From a virus, in the IMG/VR virus record IMGVR_UViG_3300042453_003986, positions 14,042-78,041 of that record: DNA of 64,000 nt; one strand, 5' to 3'. The translations under genes were made by a program, and so were the position numbers. The notes under the pieces were generated by a model. The model was not told where the DNA came from. It ran no database searches and saw only the letters and a list, made by a program, of their open reading frames with translations. How positions within the stretch are numbered: the first letter of the stretch is position 1; every line of letters begins with the position of its first letter. Shown piece by piece: positions 1 through 11,100 of the stretch.

Positions 1-198
1 TGCCGTAGGCTGAGCCTGTGCAATAAAGTCCAGCGCCAGCGTGGTCTTACCGTGGCCGGGATCTGCTAGCAACTGCACAAGCAGACCGCCGCGAATGCCC
101 CCACCAAGAGCCTGATTGAGTGACTCTACACTTGAGCGGTAGTACGTATAGTCTACCGGAGCATCCCCAAAACCCATACCCGAAGAATCAAATTTCAC
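1..198 (-). CDS. RecA/UvsX-like recombinase, N-terminal part (runs off window; not in ORF track)
   Basis: Manual translation from a GTG overlapping the polA stop gives MKFDSSGMGFGDAPVDYTYYRSSVESLNQALGGGIRGGLLVQLLADPGHGKTTLALDFIAQAQ. This is the RecA-type LxxALGGG motif followed by Walker A. Confidence 0.8.
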   Translation of the reverse strand, partial: MKFDSSGMGFGDAPVDYTYYRSSVESLNQALGGGIRGGLLVQLLADPGHGKTTLALDFIAQAQPTA

Positions 199-2114
199 TT
201 GTCATACCTCATACTAATTGCGGGATCGACAATTACGCTGTTTCCTAGTTTTGGAAGTACCTCCCGCGCGGCTTCTTCCATTGCCTCCTTTAGTATAACA
301 CGAGCTTCAGGAGCATACAACTCTGTAGACTCTACAATAATCTCGTCGTGCACGGTCGATACAATAACCGCCCGTTTACGCTCTAATCGATCGAACGTCT
401 TCACAAGCGCAAGCTTGACCATCGTTGCAGACAACGCTTGAATGGGGAAATTGCTGCCCTCGCGCTCTGCCGCCGCACGCACCCACTGGCGAAAGAATTG
501 ACTCGTATCCCACCAACGCCGCCGACCATAACTGTCCGCAACAAACCCGCGAACAATTACCGAGCGCGAGCTCTGTTCAAGCCATTGGGTGGCTTGAGGA
601 AACAAACGATGCCAGTCCTTGATAATTGCCTCAGCCTTGGGAGCGGCAATCTTTACCCCCAGCGGACCGAGCTGAATAGTCATCTGCTTGGCCAAACTCT
701 CCGCGCCGACTGAGTACGCAATCGAGTAGTTGACCATCTTGGCGACGTCGCGCCAAATCTTAAACGGGTGGCTCTTCTTGTTCTCGTTTGTAATATCCTT
801 TACACCAAGGACATGTTTTGCCACGTACGTGTGTAAATCCTCTAAGTTAGTGATAAGCCCCTCGTCTCCACTCGCATCTGCGATGATCACCAGCTCAATA
901 GTCGAGTAGTCAGCGATAATCAACCGGCGATTTTCTTTGGCCACTTGAAACGCGTGACGAATAGAGTCGTTGATGTTTAGACTCTTCATCTTCTGATCGG
1001 AGGGGATGTTCTGCAGGTTCGGTGCAGAGCTGCTAAAGCGCCCAGTGGCAGCCCCGATTTGTTTGAACGTGCAGTGCACCCGCTTTGTTACCGGATTTTG
1101 CATCTGCTGCAGCCCGACGACGTATGTAGAATGGAGTTTTTTCGCCCCCACGAGGTACGCGTATAAGCGCAGCATTTGATTCTCGTAGCGGCCAAACGCG
1201 TCTACAGACTCAAGAAGATCCCCATCGTTTACCAAGTCCTCCAGTCGATAGTCCGGAGCAGTCTTGCGGTTCCTAAAATCCCACTCAGTCAAGCTCCGCG
1301 CGCTAAGACTGTCGGTATCTATGCCCAACGCGTTAAAGACACGAAGCATTTGCTTCGTTGAAGACGTGTTAATGACCTGCACTCCCTCACGACTTACAAG
1401 CACGCACTCAGCAAGCCCTGACTGCAGCACCATGTCCTGAAGAGCCCGATCAGCGCGCTCAATGACATCTTGAAGTACTGGCTCCAACTGGGCCAAATGC
1501 GCGGCGTTCAAGGGCATACCGTAGTACTCCATCATGGCAACTACGGGCACTAAGCGCATCTCCAGCGAGTATACTTTTAACAGTTCATTCTCTGTAAGAA
1601 GCTGCAAGTGTAAAGGGTATAGACGACGAAGATACACTACGTCAGCGGCCGCGTAGTCTATCTGAGCCTGCGTTAGCGAAGTAAACCCATCAGTAAACCC
1701 ATCACGTACTGTCTTATCTACGTCCTCATCAAATCGACGCTTTACAGTCGCCTGTAAGCTGACTCGCTCATTGAGTCCCGCAGTCAGTAAACTCTCAGTA
1801 ACCATCGTGTCATGGACGTTCTGCAGCAGATACCGCCCAAAGTGAAACAACACCTTAAGGTCGAATGTTGCGTTGTGCAAAACCTTGACGGTACGTTGTT
1901 GCGTCAGCAATTCTTCAAATTCCTGCAAAGAGTCTAAAGGCAGCTTAGTGTAGTCGTAGACGTACACTTCCTGTTCGTCGGCGATCTGCAAAAGCAGCAA
2001 ACGCATTGAGTAGGGGTCTAGGCCTGTAGTCTCGGTATCGATGTACAGTACCGCAGCGCGAGACAACTCCTGCACAGATTGAGTAAGCTCAGCAACATCA
2101 GAAATCAGTTTCAT
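195..2114 (-). CDS. polA: Family A DNA polymerase with 3'-5' exonuclease
   Basis: Exo motifs IDTETTG, HNATFDL and YAAAD; TGRFSSSAPNLQNIP; motif A DYSTIEL; motif B RDVAKMVNYSIAY; motif C VHDEI. Confidence 0.95.
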   Translation of the reverse strand: MKLISDVAELTQSVQELSRAAVLYIDTETTGLDPYSMRLLLLQIADEQEVYVYDYTKLPLDSLQEFEELLTQQRTVKVLHNATFDLKVLFHFGRYLLQNVHDTMVTESLLTAGLNERVSLQATVKRRFDEDVDKTVRDGFTDGFTSLTQAQIDYAAADVVYLRRLYPLHLQLLTENELLKVYSLEMRLVPVVAMMEYYGMPLNAAHLAQLEPVLQDVIERADRALQDMVLQSGLAECVLVSREGVQVINTSSTKQMLRVFNALGIDTDSLSARSLTEWDFRNRKTAPDYRLEDLVNDGDLLESVDAFGRYENQMLRLYAYLVGAKKLHSTYVVGLQQMQNPVTKRVHCTFKQIGAATGRFSSSAPNLQNIPSDQKMKSLNINDSIRHAFQVAKENRRLIIADYSTIELVIIADASGDEGLITNLEDLHTYVAKHVLGVKDITNENKKSHPFKIWRDVAKMVNYSIAYSVGAESLAKQMTIQLGPLGVKIAAPKAEAIIKDWHRLFPQATQWLEQSSRSVIVRGFVADSYGRRRWWDTSQFFRQWVRAAAEREGSNFPIQALSATMVKLALVKTFDRLERKRAVIVSTVHDEIIVESTELYAPEARVILKEAMEEAAREVLPKLGNSVIVDPAISMRYDK

Positions 2115-2424
2115 GTAGCACCTGCATCGTTATACGAGTACCATCTACAAACACCAACGCCAACCCGTCGGCTACACCGACAATAGTAAAATCTTCCCGA
2201 ACTACGCAAAGCGGACAGTGGTCTTCGTACTCAAAAGCAATCACAGGCGGCGTGTACGCCTTTCCTGTATCCGCAGTCCGTTTCTTGGGCGGATACGGAA
2301 GCGCAGTCACTGACTGCGCCCGTACATCTACCAACTTGGCGGCAAAGCGGTACAGGTCTTTTACGTTAACCCGCACTTTCTGCCCTACGAGACCCGCATA
2401 CGGGGCCTTATCCACCTTCACCAT
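2098..2424 (-). CDS. Hypothetical protein
   Basis: 108-aa ORF overlapping both neighbours in the replication operon. Confidence 0.6.
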   Translation of the reverse strand: MVKVDKAPYAGLVGQKVRVNVKDLYRFAAKLVDVRAQSVTALPYPPKKRTADTGKAYTPPVIAFEYEDHCPLCVVREDFTIVGVADGLALVFVDGTRITMQVLHETDF

Positions 2425-3016
2425 CGATTATCTCCTTAAACGCAGCTAACGTCAGGACATAGTATACCACAAAATCAATCACTAGCACCATTGGGTACTG
2501 AAGTGCTTTTGTCATGATGGTTCGATACAGCGGCACAGTCTTGATGGGCTTATTAAGCACAAAACGCGCCTCAGTCTTAAGAGCGTCTAGAGAACACACT
2601 TTGGCCAAATCAATTCCGCGAATAATCACAAAATCAGGAGTGTGATTATGGTAGTGGATAACGAGCACGCCAAATAAGGCACGCATCTGCTCGGCCTCTT
2701 GTTGAATTTTCTTCAGCCATAGCTTACTGATCTTGATGCAGGGCTGCCCCATTGCAAATTGCTCAGTAAGCTTACATTCTACTAAATAGCGTCCGGGACG
2801 TGTCGTAAACGGTACAACTACATCACCTTTAGACGCACCAGCCCCTGAAAGAGGCGTTCGATCCCCTGCTAAATACTTCGCTACTCTACGCTCCATCGCC
2901 TTTGACCGTTGCTTATTCAACCGGTTGCGCTCTCGCTTCTCTTCTTTGAGACGCTCAAGCGCAGCTGGTGACGTAATCGGTTTACTGACTGGAGGTGAAC
3001 TTTTGCGTTGGGCCAT
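2408..3016 (-). CDS. PD-(D/E)XK nuclease, Holliday-junction resolvase-like
   Basis: E(RRVAK)...SGAG..KGDV...LVECK pattern; replication context. Confidence 0.7.
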   Translation of the reverse strand: MAQRKSSPPVSKPITSPAALERLKEEKRERNRLNKQRSKAMERRVAKYLAGDRTPLSGAGASKGDVVVPFTTRPGRYLVECKLTEQFAMGQPCIKISKLWLKKIQQEAEQMRALFGVLVIHYHNHTPDFVIIRGIDLAKVCSLDALKTEARFVLNKPIKTVPLYRTIMTKALQYPMVLVIDFVVYYVLTLAAFKEIIDGEGG

Positions 3017-4178
3017 GAAAAATCACCGTACTTACGGCAAGTTTGCCGTTCCTATTCTTATGAAATCGTAAGTTAATCGCGCGATTGCCATTTGTGTCTG
3101 GAAACTCGTCGATAGGCGACATCTCGATAACAGTGTCAGCCACCTGAGATACTTCGCCCGAGTCACGCACGGCGTCAAGTCCTTCTCCACCCTTGTTCAT
3201 CTGCGAGAGGAGTACGACTGCCAAGTTGTGTTCCTTGGCAATCTCCTTAAGATGAACTGCAACTTCCCCCAAATCCTGATTACGGTTGCCGTTAGCGTGG
3301 TGCCTCACAATCTGGAGATAGTCCAGAAACACCACACGACACCCTTGCCGAGCAGCCGCGGCAATCTCCCGCCGGATAGTGTCCAGCGTCACCGTTGGGT
3401 CGTCAATGACAAACATCGGCAACGTCTGCAAGTAGATCACTACCTCTTCAATTCGTGCCGCAGCGGCGCGGTCTACCCGACCGAATTGAATAGCCGTAGC
3501 GTCCAGCGACAATAGGTATGCTACCCAGCGAGAAATTAGCTGCTCCTTCGACATCTCCAACGAGAAGAACAAACTGCGCGTCTGGTACTGCCGCGCCATT
3601 TCTAGCATAGACTGCCCAACCAAGGCAGTCTTGCCGGTGCCCGGCTTGGCCATGACGATGTTCAACGTCTTAGGCAGCCACTCACCGCCCAACAGCGAGT
3701 CAAGAAACCGAATGCCTGTACGCGTAAAAGAGTACGTACCGTCCAACTTCCGCCCAAGGTCGCCCAGCATGCGCTGAGCTCCGGGAATGAGCGTCGAGTC
3801 GTGCGTAGGAGAAACGGGGTCAAACGCCAAAACCTTCTCCACACGCCGCTCATCAGGCTCGTACTTCGTAGCCTCTGCGGCGAGTACGGTCGCTGCGTTG
3901 TGCAGCTGGCGCCGACGCGCTATACGTGCAAGCTCCTCCAGCAGGGCTCGCGATGAAGCAGTAGCAGGCACAAGCAGTTCTGGAGGAATCTGACCCGCGA
4001 ATGCGATGTGCAGAACCTCAAAACTTAGCTCACCGTAACGAACATAGGCTTCCTTTAAGGCCACAAAGTAGTGCTGCCGCTCCTCCGTAAACACAGCAGA
4101 GCTTACATTGTGCATAAGTTCTGGATTCTGGATAAACGAGGTAAGCAATCGCCACTCAGCTGCTTGATCTTGGTACAT
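2982..4178 (-). CDS. DnaB-like replicative helicase
   Basis: Walker A AKPGTGKT, FSLEMS, FLDYLQ, LSQMN, DSGEVSQVAD, KNRNG. Confidence 0.95.
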   Translation of the reverse strand: MYQDQAAEWRLLTSFIQNPELMHNVSSAVFTEERQHYFVALKEAYVRYGELSFEVLHIAFAGQIPPELLVPATASSRALLEELARIARRRQLHNAATVLAAEATKYEPDERRVEKVLAFDPVSPTHDSTLIPGAQRMLGDLGRKLDGTYSFTRTGIRFLDSLLGGEWLPKTLNIVMAKPGTGKTALVGQSMLEMARQYQTRSLFFSLEMSKEQLISRWVAYLLSLDATAIQFGRVDRAAAARIEEVVIYLQTLPMFVIDDPTVTLDTIRREIAAAARQGCRVVFLDYLQIVRHHANGNRNQDLGEVAVHLKEIAKEHNLAVVLLSQMNKGGEGLDAVRDSGEVSQVADTVIEMSPIDEFPDTNGNRAINLRFHKNRNGKLAVSTVIFHGPTQKFTSSQ

Positions 4179-5085
4179 AGCCGTGTCTCCTCATCAACAC
4201 TGCCCAATTAGTATAGGGCAGCGAATAACCTAAAAGCGACATAAACATCTTCGGACCCTTAGTCAGGATATAGGTGTCCACATCCATTTTACTCCCAGAA
4301 AGCGGTAAAAACAAGATGTTGCACTCTCCAAGGCGCTGGGCTAGCGTGTCAACAGCGGCGTACACATTCTCCGCAACTGCACGATCAGCCTGCGAATCAA
4401 ACATAATCACACGTGTCTGCTGCTGGTACAAACTACGCAATCGCCAGCGCCAAGTGTTGATTCCCGGAAGAGCTACAGCAGAAACGCCGATTTGCTGGCA
4501 CACTAGCGCCTTTATCTCCCCCTCAGTAATCACCACAGTCGCTCCAGTCGGTGGCCGCTGTCCCTGAGGCACATAGGGCCATTCATCTGCTCCACGAAAC
4601 GCCGCCCGTCCGTAGGGACCCTTATATCGTACTTCTGCCTCAGGATCGAGTGACCGCCCCCGTAAGTCGGTCACCTCGCCATCTGGGCTTATATAAGGGA
4701 AAATAATACGGCTCGCCAGCACAGAGCTTCCCCCGTTAGTTGCAATACCTGCATCGCGAGCAATGCTGTCTGTGTACAGCGGATGCGGCCCCGCGGGGCA
4801 GTACCCAATCTGATTCGCGTCAATAATACGGTCGGTAATCCCTCGCGTATGTAAGTATGCGCGAGCTTCTGGAGTAAGGCAGGCGTGGTAGTAGGCCGCG
4901 CACTGTCGATAATACTGTCGAATACCCGCCAGATTTTCTGACACCTTTAGGAGCTGGCCTACTGACTCATTACGAGCCCCTTTGGTGTAGCCGCAATTAA
5001 AACAATGCTCTACCCCGTTATCAGGGGTAACATACAAGTTGTGTCCGTCACACTCTGGACACGTCGCTTTGTATCCTCTTGCCAT
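4156..5085 (-). CDS. DNA primase (Zn finger + TOPRIM)
   Basis: CPEC...HCFNC zinc finger, YLHTRGI, RIIFP, GR, ITEGEIKA, FDS; adjacent to the helicase. Confidence 0.9.
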   Translation of the reverse strand: MARGYKATCPECDGHNLYVTPDNGVEHCFNCGYTKGARNESVGQLLKVSENLAGIRQYYRQCAAYYHACLTPEARAYLHTRGITDRIIDANQIGYCPAGPHPLYTDSIARDAGIATNGGSSVLASRIIFPYISPDGEVTDLRGRSLDPEAEVRYKGPYGRAAFRGADEWPYVPQGQRPPTGATVVITEGEIKALVCQQIGVSAVALPGINTWRWRLRSLYQQQTRVIMFDSQADRAVAENVYAAVDTLAQRLGECNILFLPLSGSKMDVDTYILTKGPKMFMSLLGYSLPYTNWAVLMRRHGYVPRSSS

Positions 5086-5095
5086 GAATGCTCCT

Positions 5096-5142
5096 AAAAA
5101 AAAAAAAAGAAAGCAGCGGCAGGAAACTTCCTGCCGCTGCTT
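5096..5142 (-). terminator. Intrinsic terminator after SSB-like gene
   Basis: 15-bp inverted repeat AAGCAGCGGCAGGAA/TTCCTGCCGCTGCTT (5111-5142) followed on the minus strand by a long T tract. Confidence 0.8.
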
Positions 5143-5149
5143 CGCGGAC

Positions 5150-5962
5150 TTAGAACAGCTCGTCAGCGACTTCCGCCTTAGCGGGCGAGGCTTGGGGTGC
5201 CTCCAGTGCTTGCATGTTCGGAGCTAGTGGAATACGGTAATCCTTGACCACCGTATCGTACTCCTCACCGGCGAGCAAAGCCTTAACCGCTTGAACAGGC
5301 CACGGCTTGCAGTATGCAAACAAGTCGTATACCCGTGCGTACGCTTCGGGGTCCAACACCGTGCGATCAGCTGCGTGTACAGTGATAGTACGCTTCGTCA
5401 AGAGACCCTGACCAACAGTGCGGATTTGAAGGTCGACTGTAGACAACGGGATCAAAGCACCCGTCTCTTCGTCAAACGTCGTCCGCGACAAGTCGTCGAG
5501 ATCGTTAAACAAGCCACGGCCACCACGCTGGCTAACTGAACCCTTGAGCACGACCACTTCGTTGCGACGAGTAGGGCGCTCGGCAATCTCCTTGCCCTCT
5601 ACGACGTACTGGTTCATCGAGTTAGGGTAAATAACCCCGTTTTCCCGGCGCACTACCAGCGTTTTGTCGTACACGTTAATGAAAGCTTGCAGCTTCACAC
5701 CTTCAGCAATTTGAGGGGGAAGAAGACTGCGCGTCTGTTCGTCAACAAAAACAGGACGACGAATTTCCTTGTCATTGCGCTTGAAGGTCATCCACGCCTC
5801 CAGCACCACAGGACCCATCAACGGGAGCTGTGGATTTGCGGGATCAGGCAACAGACGAATGCGGCGGCTGCCCTCGCGCAAGTCCAGAAACGGCAGCGAG
5901 TTGTTCGTAGTAGCAGGCATTCCTTTGAGGTTCGCGGCTTGCTTCAGCATCTCATCAAACAT
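5150..5962 (-). CDS. Putative single-stranded DNA-binding protein
   Basis: IRLLP motif near the N-terminus, acidic-hydrophobic C-terminus (ADELF), and position upstream of primase/helicase. Confidence 0.55.
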   Translation of the reverse strand: MFDEMLKQAANLKGMPATTNNSLPFLDLREGSRRIRLLPDPANPQLPLMGPVVLEAWMTFKRNDKEIRRPVFVDEQTRSLLPPQIAEGVKLQAFINVYDKTLVVRRENGVIYPNSMNQYVVEGKEIAERPTRRNEVVVLKGSVSQRGGRGLFNDLDDLSRTTFDEETGALIPLSTVDLQIRTVGQGLLTKRTITVHAADRTVLDPEAYARVYDLFAYCKPWPVQAVKALLAGEEYDTVVKDYRIPLAPNMQALEAPQASPAKAEVADELF

Positions 5963-5967
5963 CGGGT

Positions 5968-6114
5968 TTACTCCTTCGAGGCGATCTCTCTCGCCATTGC
6001 ATTGAGTCCGTCCATTACTATTCTTCGGACTACGGGATTGACTATACCATGATCTTCAAGCCGTGTCAAGATACGTTTGATATATTTTTGAGCGACATTA
6101 CTCGGAGATACCAT
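5968..6114 (-). CDS. Small hypothetical protein (48 aa)
   Basis: ATG at 6114 preceded by GGAG; MVSPSNVAQKYIKRIL... Confidence 0.5.
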   Translation of the reverse strand: MVSPSNVAQKYIKRILTRLEDHGIVNPVVRRIVMDGLNAMAREIASKE

Positions 6115-7276
6115 CGACAATCTCCATAAACTGATTAGCGATATTCTTCCAGTTAAACTTGTCTTTGCGCATGTGCAAATAGCCAAGGTTTCCAAGGTGA
6201 GTCCGCCGGTTGCGATCGGTGTATAAACGATGCAAAGCAGCAATAGCGCTTTCCATCTCAGTAATGTGGTGCACCGTGTTCAAGCCACGGTCAGTCAAGA
6301 ACGGAACTGGGTATACTTCTGCATACTCGCAGTTATCCTCTGGCCACTCCGCAAGGGCCGAGTGACGTGGAATAATCACGGGTAGACCTGCGGCCATCGC
6401 TTCCGCGACCGGCAAACACCACCCTTCAGCCATCGTCGTAGTGAAGAAAACGTCAGCAGCATTATAAATCCAGTTGATCTGCTCAGCGGGTAATCCCTTA
6501 TCTGGGCGGATGTGTGGAGAACTAATCGCCAAGCGGTCAGCAATGCCTAAGTACTCCGCCCACTGAATAATGTCAATACCAAAATCATGGAGCGACCCAT
6601 GATAATAGAATTTAACACTTTTCGGCAGGTTGTACCGCTTCACCCATTCGGCAAAGTAATACATGGTCATGTCAATTCTCTTGCGTGGCTGGTTTCGTTG
6701 AAGACAAAGTACGCAATACACGTCTTCGTCCATCTTCATCTTTTTCCGTACTTCCTCGCGAGATACTGGGCGAAACGTCTCAGTGTCTACCCCATGAGGG
6801 ACAATGTACAACTTCTTAATAATATCGGCCGTCTTTAAAATCTGTTCGAGACCGAACTGTGTATACGTAACCACTGCATCATACTTAGAGAGCCCTTCAA
6901 CAAATTCCTTCTTAACGTTTTCTGCGTCTACTGGCGTATACGCAACAAACTTTGAAGAGACCTTGTCGCGAATTTGCTCAAACTGCTCGGCGTATTGCAT
7001 GCAAATCCACGGGTCGTTAAGCACAAAAACAACGTCAGGCTGGATGCGCGTAATAAGTTCGTTTAGTCGAGAAAAACCCCAGATGTCCCCTGCCGCAGCA
7101 GCCGGATACACTTTTAGTCCTTCGCAAAGCGGATCGTAATCCCCATGATAATTAACTCCCAAGACGTGAACCTCGTACTTCTCTCGAAAATACTTAATAA
7201 GGTTCGTGCTTACCACTCCAAATCCGGTCTGTATAGGAAAGTCTCCTACATACAGCATTTTGAGTTTCTCTGTCAT
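6098..7276 (-). CDS. GT-B (GT4-like) glycosyltransferase
   Basis: TGFGVVS, VPHGVD, RNQPRKR, YNAADVF..TTMAEGWCLPVAEAMAAGLP. Start at ATG 7276 after AGGAG. Confidence 0.9.
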   Translation of the reverse strand: MTEKLKMLYVGDFPIQTGFGVVSTNLIKYFREKYEVHVLGVNYHGDYDPLCEGLKVYPAAAAGDIWGFSRLNELITRIQPDVVFVLNDPWICMQYAEQFEQIRDKVSSKFVAYTPVDAENVKKEFVEGLSKYDAVVTYTQFGLEQILKTADIIKKLYIVPHGVDTETFRPVSREEVRKKMKMDEDVYCVLCLQRNQPRKRIDMTMYYFAEWVKRYNLPKSVKFYYHGSLHDFGIDIIQWAEYLGIADRLAISSPHIRPDKGLPAEQINWIYNAADVFFTTTMAEGWCLPVAEAMAAGLPVIIPRHSALAEWPEDNCEYAEVYPVPFLTDRGLNTVHHITEMESAIAALHRLYTDRNRRTHLGNLGYLHMRKDKFNWKNIANQFMEIVDGISE

Positions 7277-7283
7277 AATTCTC

Positions 7284-7856
7284 CTAGTAAACTTTTGTTC
7301 CAATTATCACATTTAGCGGCTGCCTGCTGGCAGTAGGCTGCGCTATACGTGTCTTAAATAAGGTGTCAAGCTCTCCCTTTAGTAGCTCTAACACCAAGCG
7401 GGATGACTTTGCAGACTCGGCGTTAGTGTATCGGATGTCCTCAGTCGACCACGAATAGTAGCTATTTGAGTTTCCGGTAAATTTAGACAAGTACGCCAAA
7501 TACGCTGCAGCTAGCACTAACGCGTCCTCATCATCCTGCTCTAAAGTAGGCGGATAGGCCTGCGTAAACTCTAGAAAAGGGTTTCTAAACGCACTGCCAA
7601 TCGACAGTCCGCTGGGTATCGCTCCAAACCCATCAACGGTATTGGCCACCGCAAACCCTTGAGGAGCTTCCCCCGCGACGTAAGTATCTGCACCGACAAC
7701 CTGATATTTACTTTTCCAGCGGCTCATAAGAAAGCGGATGGCTGAAGAAAGACAGGTTCTAATGTACGTGTCCGAATATTCCGTAGCGTCTAGATCCCCT
7801 AAACGAATACGCACTGCGTCGATGTACCCATCGAGATTAGTTGGTGAAGTAAGCAT
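7284..7856 (-). CDS. Putative head-tail connector/adaptor
   Basis: N-terminal IDAVRIRLGD..YSD and SWSTEDIRYTN, resembling phage head-completion proteins. Confidence 0.5.
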   Translation of the reverse strand: MLTSPTNLDGYIDAVRIRLGDLDATEYSDTYIRTCLSSAIRFLMSRWKSKYQVVGADTYVAGEAPQGFAVANTVDGFGAIPSGLSIGSAFRNPFLEFTQAYPPTLEQDDEDALVLAAAYLAYLSKFTGNSNSYYSWSTEDIRYTNAESAKSSRLVLELLKGELDTLFKTRIAQPTASRQPLNVIIGTKVY

Positions 7857-7870
7857 AATCCTCCTAATTG

Positions 7871-7900
7871 ATTATACGCGATAAAGATAAAAAATGTCAA
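7871..7900 (-). promoter_or_regulatory. Sigma70-type promoter
   Basis: On the minus strand, TTGACA-18 nt-TATAAT followed by an AGGAG RBS. Confidence 0.75.
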
Positions 7901-8163
7901 ATAATTAAATACTCTGGAGGGTCCGGTATAACTACCGTGTCTAGGTCAGGAAATATCTCAGGGATACTTCGTATAAACGCACGATAATTTCTGCACTCAA
8001 TAATCTGCTCGTCTGTCAAATCTACATCAGGTAACTGGGTCCAGTCCGTTTTACTTAGGACTCCTATCCTAAACGCTTTTAGTTCTAACCTTCTTGCCTC
8101 AAGACGTCGGTCTTCGGATAAATTAGGATCTACACACTCAGAGTTTTGAAATTGATAAATCAT
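7897..8163 (-). CDS. Tail fibre assembly chaperone
   Basis: R...L.KTDWTQLPDV...YR..IR.IP...P.PP motif, directly after the tail fibre gene. Confidence 0.8.
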   Translation of the reverse strand: MIYQFQNSECVDPNLSEDRRLEARRLELKAFRIGVLSKTDWTQLPDVDLTDEQIIECRNYRAFIRSIPEIFPDLDTVVIPDPPEYLII

Positions 8164-11100
8164 TCAACCTCCTCAACCGTATCACAACGATATGTAAAAA
8201 ACGGGATTCTTACAGCCTTGTTACCTGTGTTACTCCATGTTAAAAGATTAAATCGCGAGTATAGCGCCCAATAGTCATTAGCAGGTACAAAGCGTATAAA
8301 CCCAATATCCGCTTGAGCTGTCCCTGCAATAATTACATTGCAATGTGCGGCGCTATATGTTTCAAAAAAGATCGAATGTCTAATTGGAGGATACACCCAG
8401 AAATATGTCTGGGTTGAGGTAAGTTGAAGAAGTCCCGCTGAAAAAGATACCTGATTTCCCGCCCACATAAAAGTGACGTTAGTGGTTACTGCACTATTAC
8501 CCCCGGATATTTGCAGTAAGCTACTAATGTCGTACCAGCGGTTTTCTTCAAAAAGGTACGGGATATAATGAAATATTGGGTAGTCCAGTGTCAGTAACTT
8601 AGGAAATCGCCGCCAATCCTCCTTAGAGTGATCGTACACTGCATTAAAAAGCGAAGACCACGTCACTCCTGCACTGTTTTGCTCCAATGCCTTTTCGTTA
8701 ACTACCATCGCGTAGCAATTACGAACCCATATGCTGTTGGAGCTTCCTGTAAAGCAAACTTGGCACTTTAAAGAAGTTTCAGTAGAATTTACATAGACTA
8801 CGGTAGAAATCTGTACCCACTGTCCCGTTGTAGTAGTTGCTGTTCCAGAAGTAGTACCAACGTTAGTTTCTATAGAACAGTAGGCGGTATTTGAGGAACT
8901 TTCAAGATAAACCTCGGCCGAAAATCGAACGTGTTTTCCGGCAAAATCATTTAAGTTTCTTGCGGTAACATCTTGAAAAATCATAGAAGTTCCGGTACCA
9001 AGCGGTACTACTTTTAGATTTGCATATATAAGCTTCGCAAACATCTGCCGCACAGCTCTAGTAGAGAGATAATTAACTCCCTTATCTGACCACCAAGTTA
9101 AGGCGTTAACGCGCCCGCTAAACCGTTGATTACCGTTACCTGCGCATCCAATGCCAAATACATTCGAGGTGGTAGAAGCGCGGCTAGTTGCTCCATTATC
9201 CACATAAGCTTTTGTACCATTAACCCATAGCACTAGTCGGTTTATTCCGGGGTCTTTAATATACTGAGCTACGACATGGTACCATTTTCCTGTCTGTACA
9301 AGATGAGGGTGGGTTAATGTTATAACACCCTGCCCACTAGGTAATCTCAGTTGGAAGTAAAAGTAGGAATATCCGTTATTTCCTTGAACGCCTACAGTGG
9401 TTTCGTTGTTGTCGGAGTCATAAAACCCACAGAAGCTTTGTTGATTACTTCCTGAAGTAGGAGGGGCAGTGGCCTGTACTACTGCAGACACGACAAACCC
9501 GTTAGCGTTGTTCATTACTTGACTACTGTCCGTGTAAGTAAAGTAGTTAGCGGTACCGTCAAAAGTCGGAGAATACGCCATAGGACTTTTTCTACTACGT
9601 GTCACGGTGCCCGTCTGGGTAGCGGTTTTAGAAGTACCAGAGTAGTCTAGTGCGTTTCCGCTGGCCTCATTTAAGTACCAATTACCGCGCATTATAAAAT
9701 TGTTTTCTAGTTCTTTAATGCCTGCGTAATCTGTGGTAATAAACGCGCCTCCAAGTAGTTCCGTAAAGTTATCTTGAAACCAGTCGTCAGGAAGTGCCCC
9801 GTATCCAGACTGACTGTTATTGATAAAAGCTCCGTTACTAAGTAAGTTTGGCTGAGGGGCTAGACCAGAAATAGTGTTACTAAACTTAACGGGCACATCT
9901 GCAAGGACTGTCTCAGAGGTTACTGTCAGTAGAGGAGACTCAAAAGTAAATGGAGCGTCACCTACTATTTTGTTCACAACAAAATTTGCCGAGTTAACAG
10001 AAGTGGGTATTGCTAAAGTTAGTTTAGGTTCAAGTCCGTTACCGCTAACTGTAATTTTGTTGTTAAACATTGAAATAAGCCCTGAGGCAGCGCTGGATGC
10101 GGTTGAAAGCAGTAAACTACTCCCCACAGTTGATTTTGAGTTTAAGTATAGTCGATTTGTGGCAGTACTTAAAAAATACTGCCGTCCGCTTTCTGAAGGA
10201 AGCCAACCAGAATCAATAGAAGTGGTGTTGTCATTACCGCCGTCAACAGTAAAACCGGGTCGATAATACTGTTGCTGTCCTATAATCGTACTGTAGCGCG
10301 GGGTTGCATAATCGTAGTATACGGGAACATAAGCGCCGCTAATAAGCGTAGTAGCATCGTAGTAATAAGAAGCAAATTTAATCGAGTTCACATCAGGGGG
10401 GTACTGCTGAACATTAGAAATAACGTCTGTACCCGACTGCCCTCGATAACCCGGGGGAGCTACTGTGACGGGATTTTTAAAGGCTAAGCCGCTTGCGTTT
10501 AAGATCGTATACTCACCGCTTCCAACATATAAGCGACCGTTATCTCCAATACTTATCCCGCTGTTCACTACCAGTGTGCCCATGTTGGCCGCTATTGCAT
10601 CTAGTTGATCTACTTGCAGTTTGTCCGATGTAATAGTACCGGCAGTTATTAAAGCACCCGAAATTGTATTGGCGGCGATTTGACCGCCCGTGATCGTACC
10701 CGCTTGAATTTTACTAGCCGTCAGTGTATTGTCTGCAATTAAAACTCCTGAAATTGTACCTGCAACAATTTGAGCACCGGTCAAAGTACTGTCTGCAATC
10801 TGCCCTGCAGTAAGTGTTTTTGAAGCTAACTTATCAAATGTAATAGTGTTTCCGGCAATTAACGACCCTGAGATGGTGCTCGCGGTAATCCGATTTCCGG
10901 TAATAGACCCGGCCGCAATCTCGTTCGATGTGATAGTGCCGGGAGTAATTAACACGCCGGACACAGTTCCATCAAGAATTTTTGTACCGGTAATACTCTT
11001 GTCTGGAATGTCAGGACTTACCACAATACTTTCACTGACTTGTAATGCAATCGTGTCAATAAAGTCAGCTGACACGTGATATGCTTTAATCGCGTTAACT

